A stretch of 60,047 nucleotides of DNA, counting the filler, from Ionaspis alba (Eukaryota): assembly GCA_964255285.1 (NCBI GenBank). It is 7 parts of 7 records of this genome, joined end to end, with 100 filler letters (N's around TTAATTAATTAA, not from the genome) between each part and the next. Parts side by side here need not be neighbours in the genome. Positions count along the whole stretch, not along the records: positions 51,599 to 60,047 come from CAXUUL010000742.1; 6 more parts are not named here. One strand, 5' to 3'. The notes beneath the pieces are model-generated. The model was not told the origin of the DNA, did not search any database, and saw nothing but the letters and a program-made list of their open reading frames with translations. Positions 51,499 to 60,047 of the stretch are shown in pieces (the first letter of the stretch is position 1; each line of letters opens with the position of its first letter). Made by a program: the position numbers and the translations under genes.

Positions 51499-52241
51499 NN
51501 NNNNNNNNNNNNNNNNNNNNNNNNNNNNNNNNNNNNNNNNNNTTAATTAATTAANNNNNNNNNNNNNNNNNNNNNNNNNNNNNNNNNNNNNNNNNNNNTT
51601 GCCTCTGAAGCACTTTAAAATTTAGAGGGCCCGAGGGGCTTCGGTTGGTTGACCAGTCGGAGACCTCGTTAGCACTGGGCTCGCATGCAACGGGAAACGG
51701 GAAACACAGCCTCGATGACTGTTGCTTCCAGCGACGTTTTGATTCACATCACGCATTACTAATTGGTGGCCTACATCTACAGCAACAATGTCTACAGTTG
51801 GGTTTGAACACTGCTACGGTTTGCTTGTTTCTGCTCGGGTCGATTGTCAGGAGAGCGGGGAATCATCAGGTGATGATTCAGGCACGAACGGGCAGTGAAA
51901 CATAGGATTATGCAAGCTGTCATGCAGAAGACAAACCTCTGGACCCTGAGCAGAGCAATAGTGCTTGGACCTATCAATTAGGCGAAGACTAACTATATTT
52001 TTGGCTCAGCACTCAAGCCACACTGTCAAAAGGGTGAAAGGATGTCCAAGACTTGCGATCGACCTACAAAGACCACTTTGACCTGCGTCTCCTGCATACA
52101 CATCCTCGAAGATGTGGCCCTGATCACTGTTCTTAGATTTTGTTGAGCATAAACTCTGCATACTGCAGAGAATAAAAGAGTCCTTTAATCTTGTACAATA
52201 GTAGTCTCTTATCTTGTACAGCTGATTCGTTGGAACCCAAC

Positions 52242-53412
52242 ATGTTTGCTGGCGGACCAGTGTTACCGCTCCATGAAGCGTTGTCTGGCGTCTTTGGTTC
52301 TATTTCTCTAGCATCGTGGATATTTCTTCTGGTAAATTTGACGAGTCTATACCACTGTTGTGCAGCGTCAGGCTGACCACGTGACTATAGGTGCCTCAAT
52401 TAGTAGAGAACTACAAGTCACAGAGCGCCGAGGGTATATCGCTCGCATTCCTTACCGTCTGGTTCATAGGCGATCTTGCCAATTTCTTTGGAGCCGTCTG
52501 GGCTGGTCTCGTGCCCACCGTTATTGCTCTAGCAATCTACTTCTGTTTTGCCGATGCCGTTCTGATCACCCAATGTCTCTACTACAACTATATCAATGCC
52601 CAGAAAGCAGCCAGAGCTCAAAGCATCGACGCCAATGGGACTGTACAGGATGATTCCAGTCAACCCCTCTTACGGAGGAACAGCGACAATATCGGTCTAC
52701 CAGGTTCAAGACGTCGGTCATCCGTATCTCAGAAGCGACGAGATTCTAGTGTGCGGACCATTTTGCCCACCATCCCTGAAGGGGAGAGTGCGAGTAGGAT
52801 GTGGGCGAAGAACGCGATCAGCGTAATCCTCGTGTGTGCTGTAGGAACCGCTGGCTGGGCGGTTGCCTGGAAACTCGGGATCTGGAAACCAACGTCTGAA
52901 GAAGCCAAAGGACCAGGCGAAGATGGGAAAATTGGCGCTGCGATCTTGGGGTACATCTCCGCTGTTTGCTACTTGGGAGCTAGGATACCTCAGATATGGA
53001 AGAATTATCGAGAGCGCTCTTGTGAAGGTATCATCAAGTCCTGGGACTGGATGGGAATCGTGCTCTCTTCTTCAGCTAACCCGGCCAGGCCTGTCATTAC
53101 TCTTCTTCATGCTGTCCCTACTGGGCAATGCCACGTATGGCGCCGGAGTACGTTCTCTGCAAAACAGCTGAGAGATATTTGTATGGCTGACCGTCTCTAT
53201 AGATCTTGTTCCACTCGATAGAACTGGAATATTTCCTCATCAACCTTCCTTGGCTCATTGGCTCTCTTGGTAAGCGATGACTTGTTATCGTGATCATCTG
53301 TGGTAAGCTGACAAACTGGGAAGGCACAATGGGAGAGGATATCTTGATCTTTATTCAGTTCCACATGTACGACAACAAGGGAAATATGGAAACGACATCT
53401 GCGATAGAGTGA
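52242..53412 (+). CDS. PQ-loop vacuolar cationic amino-acid transporter (Ypq/PQLC2-like), 5 exons
   Basis: SGVFGSISLASWIFLL-VPQLVENYKSQSAEGISLAFL...GDLAN; second loop ARIPQIWKNYRERSCEGLSLLFF...GNATYG...LPWLIGSLGT. Confidence 0.92.
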
Positions 53413-54470
53413 CCTCTGATATGCGAGGTCGGGAGTGATTTCTTTAGCCGATACCCCGGTGGATATCTGTATTTGCTATTCACTAGAAGTTTTCTGTGCT
53501 GCGAGTTTGGCGTATAGAGGTTGGTTGGGCTGGCCGTTACATCGTGCTCGATCAATACGCGTTTAAGCATATTTTCAACGGCGCTGTACACGGAGAAGGT
53601 GCTTTATACGTCAATGGCATCCAGTGTTCTGATAATAGAGGGAAACTACTGTCCGAGTCAGTAGATATCTCCAACGAAGCCGCAACGACAATTATTACAA
53701 ACACATAGCTCACATTGAGAGCGGGGGGTCATGCTTAAGATCAATGACTAGGCGATCCTCTCTTTAGATTCACTTATTTCATGTCGGAATCTTTGTTTTA
53801 CCCTTCTACGCCATGGTGGAGAAGACGTATGTTGGCAGGGCGTCGCTTGGAAGTGATTGGTATTTTCGAAGTGGTCTTAGAGGGACTTGGATTAGCTCGG
53901 CGTTGTAGATGGAAGGATATACTACAGTACGGGATAGATCTATGTAATTTTTATGTTCACGGATCACTCATCGAAGGACGTGGTTATGATTTCTTTACTG
54001 CAATTGAAATCCTATGTGATGCTAGGTACTTTTGTGTTCCATAGAACAAGTTCATCTCGTGCTCCCGCAGCGCATACGCTCAATCGTTGCAAATCATTCT
54101 CTCTCATGCCCATGCGGCGAATGTGCTCAATCGCTGCGTTTCTCATGTATCTCAAGTCAAAGGAGCACACCCGCTCAAATCCTGCAAATCGCTCTATCGC
54201 GACTGAAACTGAAATCAAGTAAAGAAAGGAAAAGTCGAGTCAAGTCAGAAGCTGCCACATCAACCATTCTTCATCAACCATTCTTGAAATCCTCAAGTGA
54301 CAAAGTGTAGTAAAACAAGAGTGAAGCCGAAACCAGGTCTCTCTCTGTGTTGGTAGTATTCTCGTTCATCCAGAACATTTCATGTTGCTCGTCATAATCT
54401 CTTATGTAGAAGTCTAGAACGCCGAAGGAAGTCGACTCGAGTTTTGAGCTGTAGTATATGCGTCGCTGTA

Positions 54471-54579
54471 ATTAGAGACGGAGTGAGCGTTATGAGCTGA
54501 AGGTGGCGTATGTGGAGGTGTGATTAGAGACGAAGTGAGCGTTATGAGCTGAAAGGGGTGAATATGTGAAATTAGAGAC
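54471..54579. repeat. Imperfect ~50-bp tandem duplication at a gene 3' end
   Basis: attagagacg(g/a)agtgagcgttatgagctgaa at 54471 and 54523; a third attagagac at 54571. Confidence 0.85.
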
Positions 54580-57500
54580 CACGTCGACGAGCCTGGTCCC
54601 CGGTATCCTTTCTTGATCGAGTTGACTCCTCGTTTTCAGTGCGAGAATGAGCTGGAGTCTGGTTTTCACGTCCTTGGCCTGACGTGGTTCGAGATGATTG
54701 TACACCATATTGAGCCCTGGCAGCAGCACCAGGATCGGCGGGCTGTGAAGCAGTCGAAGCTACAAGCCAGGCAGGTAGCTGAGGCCCGGTTCCACTACGC
54801 GGACGATTGTAGTTGGCGAAAAGTGGCTTGGTGGAACCTGTTCCAGCACCAGATTTCTTGATCGAGACAGCTTGGTTTACTGTCGACCATCTGGAGGCTG
54901 CTACACCAGTGGAGAGAACACCATAAGCAGAAGAGATTGCCGGAGTCTGTTGTTGATGAGATAATGGCTGGATACGAGCGTTCAGATCGCTTGGGCGGGA
55001 TTCGCGGAGTGATAAAGAAGAGTTGGTGGCGAGAAGTGAAGCACCTACTACAGATGTTGTAGTTTCTGGTGCATATGATGAGGTATGGGTTCTGATCGTT
55101 GGAGTAGGAGGGGAAATAGATTGTCCTTGAGTGGGAATAGCGTCGCGAGGAAAGTTGGTCGTGGATGGCGCGATGGACGATGTGGTATCTTGTGGTTGCC
55201 GAACGTACTGCTGAGTTATGGCCGTCTCCGGGATCTTAGGCGTGTCTCTGACCTGTATAGTAGGTCGCGCTACCTCAGCAGAGCTTGCAAGATGTGGAGT
55301 CGCGGTCTCAGAGAATGATCTGGTTAGCCCGTTTTGTTCAGAAGTGATAGCAGCGTTGGAAAGCCACTTGTTGACGGTGAGGGAATTGCTCTGTCCACGA
55401 TGGTAATAAGGGGTGGTTGAATGAATCGGAGCTTCTGGTTTAGGTGCAGCTGGCTCAGGCTGAGTTGGTTCCGAATTGTGCTGAGCTGACGCCATCGCAG
55501 TCGATGGTGGTCCTTGCTCAGCAGGATTCTTTTTGGGGAGTTTGAATGGCTTGAGTAAGTCAATCGACGTCGCGTCGTCTTCGTCACGAGGGTGGACTTT
55601 GCTTTGCTTTGAGTCAGTGCTATTTGCCGCTCCTCTCTGCTGACAGATAGCGTTTGCAGATGATCCAGGTGGCATAGCCAATAGCTCTCCGGTCTGGTAT
55701 ACCGCTCCTTCGCTGCTTCGATCCTTTGGACTTCTCGGTAGACCAGAGATGTGAAAGTTGAACAGGGCGTTTGTGAGCTCTTCAGCATCAGATTTGATCG
55801 CGTCACGGGTTTGATATCGCCTTTGTGGATCTGCTGCTGTCTCTGAATGCTTCGATCGAGTTCCTTGAGCATGTGGCTGAATTGATGAGGTCCTAGCTGG
55901 TTCAGCAGTATAGCTACCCTTTGATTCCTCATATCGCCCACTAGGTAGCTGATGCTCTCCGACCTGAGCGTGCGGACCTGTGCGGGGTCTAGATCGTGGA
56001 TAGTACGGGGTGAATTGGTGTACTGAGTCAGCTAAGGTGCCTCTACTCGTAGTCTCGATCTCGACCGGGATGTCAGCTTTCGGTTCACTATCTTCTGGAC
56101 GATACTCTAGAACAGAAGCAAGACTACGAGAGTGCTGCGTACTCGATGCTGTAGTCGACCGTTGCCCTACAGAAGACCCTGCCACACCTCCGGTAGACGA
56201 TCCTGGTATTTGGGTTCTGCTAGGTTGAGTCTCACTTGAGCTGAGGCGAGTGGACCCTGCTAAGGAAGAATTCACTGCAGTCGCTGCCGTGCTCAGACGC
56301 TCGGAAGGTGCGTTTACAGGCTGTGGGGGGTTCTCTATGCCGGCTGAAAGATTGGCTCTTGCAAGTGCTCGCTCTAGTTGACGTTGGAGTAATGCAAGCG
56401 GCGCCGCAACAGCAGATGGATCTTGTAGAGCTGTAGCAAGAGCGGTGAGATCTGCAATTGATCCTCTCAGTGACGCGATACTGTCTTCCGGCGCTTCGTG
56501 CGGCTTTGATCGGCTGAGGTTACCAGCTTGAGAACGTTGACTAGAAGGGCTTCCCACAGGTGTCCTGTGACTTTGACCATCTCTGCCCAGGCTGCCAGAT
56601 TCTTGCTCTGAAGGTTCATCCTCGATGTACTCATGCTCGTTCTGTTCTGTTGCGTGGTAATCTTCTGTGTCGAATTCTAGACCAGCAAGATCGTTTGCGT
56701 AAGATCCATGGGAGCTGCTGACGACAGAAGTACTACCTGGAGGCGGAGGAGTGTGTACTCGAACACCCATCGGAGCATTATCTATCTCTGGAGAGAACAA
56801 GACCTCAGGTGCTACTCCCTTAATTTAGTATCATGGACATCCCGGTCGTGGATTCATGAGCTTACCTGTTTCAAGTGAACTTGCGGTCTGTGCCACGGGG
56901 GAAGAAAGGTCAGAAACATGTCTAGGGCGCTGAGAAGGTTTGTCCGGTTTCACTGCAGCGAGGTATCCTGCTATGAAAGTCTTGGGGTCAGACAATGGGA
57001 AAGGCGCACGCGGAGCTCTGATTGTATTAGCATCAAATATTTCTAGATTGGAGGAAAGACTCTTACTTATGAGTTGGTCCTTTTGTGAGCACAGACCGAT
57101 CCCGAGTTCGACTCTCGACGCGCTGGCTGCGAGAAGAGACATTCACCGAAGCTCTGGCAGTTCCACGACCTCTCATAGCTCCACGAGTTGCGACAGGTGG
57201 TATTGCAGCAGAAGTAGGCATCTCGTTGTAGGATCTCCCACCTCGGCCGTGTCTACGTCTACGCGATGACGGTGGTGAAACAGGCTCCGGAGGCGGCATA
57301 TCGGTCGCTGCTCGTCCGTTCAATGGCGTGCCGACCGGATTGCTGGGTTGGCGACGAGACCCTTTGACGTTGAACGAGGTTGGTGTTGGCATCGCCTGAT
57401 TCGGCCCAGGCGGGTTGCTGCCTCTTCCTCGAGTTCCGATAATGCCTCCACCTCGAGCGCCGCCATGAGCACGGCCTCCTCGGGAGCTGTTACCTCTGGC

Positions 57501-57993
57501 TGCGTTATTAAGACTACCAACATTACCGGCTTGAGCAGCTCTGGAAGCTTGGGCTTCTTGTCGTAGCATCCTCTCCAAACGATGGCCCTGCCCGTCTGCA
57601 GCATCCTCTCCAATGGTCGGAGTAATTTCATCGCTCAGACCTGATACTTTATTAGAAACTCTACTTGTCCATATTGTTCAATGTTGAGACCTACTTTTCC
57701 ATGCGTTGAGAGTCTGCTTGTTCCGCTGCGCCTCAGCATATTCGCGGGTACCAGGAGTGTTGACGGCTAGACTTCCGTATAGTCTGGGTAAGTCAGCTCT
57801 GGAGAAGTGGCTGTTCCGGTCTTGTAGAACGACTCGGTCAGCGCGATCAACTCCAAGGTCCTCCTTATTTGGCACCAATAATTAGTTCTGTTAATCTGGT
57901 TCGATATGACAGACGTGAAGACAAGCTTACCATCTGAATGGCCGCTAGGCGCTGCGTCCTCTCCTCATCACTGTCGCCTCCGGCTCCAGGCAT
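54572..57993 (-). CDS. Large low-complexity (Ser/Thr/Pro-rich, RGG-containing) hypothetical protein, ~5 exons
   Basis: ATG 57993 MPGAGGDSDEERTQRLAAIQM|GTAAGC; phase-compatible introns link ORFs 57678-57878, 57063-57578, 56831-57142 and 54572-56800; RGGRAHGGARGGG...RGRG segment. Confidence 0.7.
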
Positions 57994-58712
57994 CTTTGGT
58001 GGAGATGGCGGGATAGCCCGCGATCTGGTAAAAAAGACACATCAGTGAGCTCCGAAGTTTTACGTGCGAGCGTTCTGATGAAGATAAGACCTCTTCAATG
58101 CATCGTCTGAGAAACAGAATTGCGATTATTGGAAATGAGAACGAAAGCATACGTATGCATGACAGGACGGTTGTACACACTTGACTTGAAAATCAGTACA
58201 TAAGAAGTAAGCGATTGTGTAAGTTTGACAACTGAAGTTACATCTGACAATGTGACAATGAGAAAGCATTGGAGATGTAATCAGACAATACAAGAAGCAA
58301 TACAAGAGATGAAATGCGATGTGAGAAAGACTTACGCCCTCAACTTGTGGCTGCTGGCTCGAAGTGCGTTAGCAAGGCAAGGTCTTGTCTCGAAGTAAGA
58401 TACTCGGATTTGGAGGGATGTCTGATGCAGGTGGTAAGTACTTGATGATATTTGTAGATGGAGTCATACACGTAGATATGATGACTTACTTGTACGTTGG
58501 TTGAACTCACCCTCTCTGGGCCCGGACTTACGACCTTGAGATGCGGTTAGCTAAGAGGTACAAGTAGAAGATATAGTGGGTAGTAACTACAACAAGGTCA
58601 GCTTGTGGGACAGAAAGATGTGTTGGTGATGGAGGCTGTGTTCGCTGTTGTGTCAGCGGTGGTTGTGGTGGGAAAGAAAGAAAGAAAAGAGGTAAGCGGA
58701 TGTGTTGTAGGG

Positions 58713-58720
58713 TTTTATAG
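58713..58720 (-). promoter_or_regulatory. Candidate TATA box (CTATAAAA) followed by a CT-rich tract
   Basis: Minus strand ccactataaaaccctac then ctcttttctttctttctttccc. Confidence 0.35.
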
Positions 58721-59799
58721 TGGAAGGGCTGAGGGTCTGAAACGCAGTCACAGTGAATGAATCTTCACACGCGGTAACCCGGCCGTGGATCCTCGCTAGT
58801 GCGGATTGGCCTGACCGGGGGGTGGAGCGGAATCCTGCGGAAGCGGGGGCGTCGGAGGAAGTGACTCTCTTGGCGGAAATCCGGAGAGCTAGTCCCGTGC
58901 GTCGACACAACGCGGAGCTAATCGATCGACGTGCGATTGAGTTTGGGGCGCCAACCGGTTCTTCCTCGACGACCTTGTAACTTGTTCCGCTCAACAGTCG
59001 ACGCAGGTAGTCCTCCCGGAGAGGCGGCAGGAAGGAAGCGGAGGGTCTGATGGTACTGCAAGTGAAGATGTTCCTTTCCTTGGATATTGCGGAGAGCTGT
59101 TGGTTGGTGTCTTGCTGACATGTAGATTGAAGACACCGTTCCACGAATCCTACGAGGACGAATCCAGACGTGAAGCCCACAACAGACGACCTTAGAATCC
59201 CCGAGGTGACACGGAGGTCACACGATTGCGGAGATGATGGAGTGCAGGCAAGGGATGGGGATAGGATAGGGCAAGATGAGGATCTGATCTCCGTAATGAT
59301 GATGACTTACCCAGGCTGGCCCCCAACTTGCTCACCTCGGCGACAGCAAGGTGCCCCGGCACGAGGTGCGGGAGAAGCTCCGTGCAGCTTCTCCCCACCG
59401 AAGGAAGAACCCGACCCTGCTTGAGTCGTACCCGGTCAGCGAAAGCCCACCGACAGACACCACAACGAAAGCCGACCTCGAGAGAAGGACACGAATGTGC
59501 GGGCGCCAGTGACCGCCTTGTAGATATCGAGGTCTCTTCAATCAAGTCAAAGCGTCTCAGCAGAGGTGGAAAGAAGGAAGACAACGAGAAGATGGCGGAC
59601 GAAGAAGAGGGGCCAGAGACGATCTGGGAGACCACATGCGGAAGGGGCGACCGTACCTGAAGAAAAGAAAAAAACAAAAACAAAAAGGAGAATCTGTTGT
59701 GCCGTTAGCCGTCAGGGAACCCCTTGTTGTGCATCACTCGCTAATGCCCCTGAGAGGACGACTTACTCTTCATATATATAAAGTCAAAAAAAAAATCAA

Positions 59800-59827
59800 A
59801 AACGCCAAACGCCGAACGCCAAACGCC
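59800..59827. repeat. 7-bp tandem repeat (AAACGCC) x4
   Basis: aaacgccaaacgccgaacgccaaacgcc. Confidence 0.8.
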
Positions 59828-60047
59828 CCCCATCCCGCAGTCTATCAACCTGGAGAAAAGGAAAAGAAGAAAAATGCAAGAGAGCCAGACGGTGTGCCTC
59901 CGCTCCCCCTAATGGGCCAACAGTCCAGGCTATCCAGTTGATGTTCGTTGTCCTAGATCTCGTTAGCAGGGACTGTGAAAGATAGGTAAGTTGTTTACTA
60001 TCACGGTGTATTTCCAGTTATGTTGGACGAGGAACTTATGATTGTTG

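Noticed and set aside
53740..54330. Short ORFs between the PQ-loop gene and the RGG gene
   Set aside because: No motif or splice-consistent model; probably convergent 3' UTR/intergenic DNA

Overview
Fungal (filamentous ascomycete, Pezizomycotina) nuclear DNA, gene-dense, with short spliceosomal introns. The window is not one locus. It is seven separate ~8.5 kb scaffolds (8517, 8516, 8509, 8506, 8494, 8456, 8449 nt, strictly decreasing) joined by artificial 100-nt N44-TTAATTAATTAA-N44 linkers, so adjacency across linkers carries no biological meaning. Recognisable genes are mostly housekeeping: MFS transporter, class-III aminotransferase, SRPK/Sky1 kinase, GRIP golgin Imh1, Lunapark, metacaspase, ApsB/Mto1, mitoribosomal bS18m/uL24m/mL58, CIA84, Rho1, a BCH-RhoGAP, NAD(P)HX epimerase, COG5, Cyp40 and a PQ-loop transporter. 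I cannot confirm a new multi-gene system. The best leads are: a HeLo/SesA-like plus ankyrin gene lacking a NACHT domain next to an HExxH protein; a recurring C-rich to G-rich strand-skew switch inside genes; a multi-intron non-coding leader with a small ORF upstream of an RGG low-complexity gene; and several decaying genes. All family assignments come from motif recognition by eye; no searches were run.
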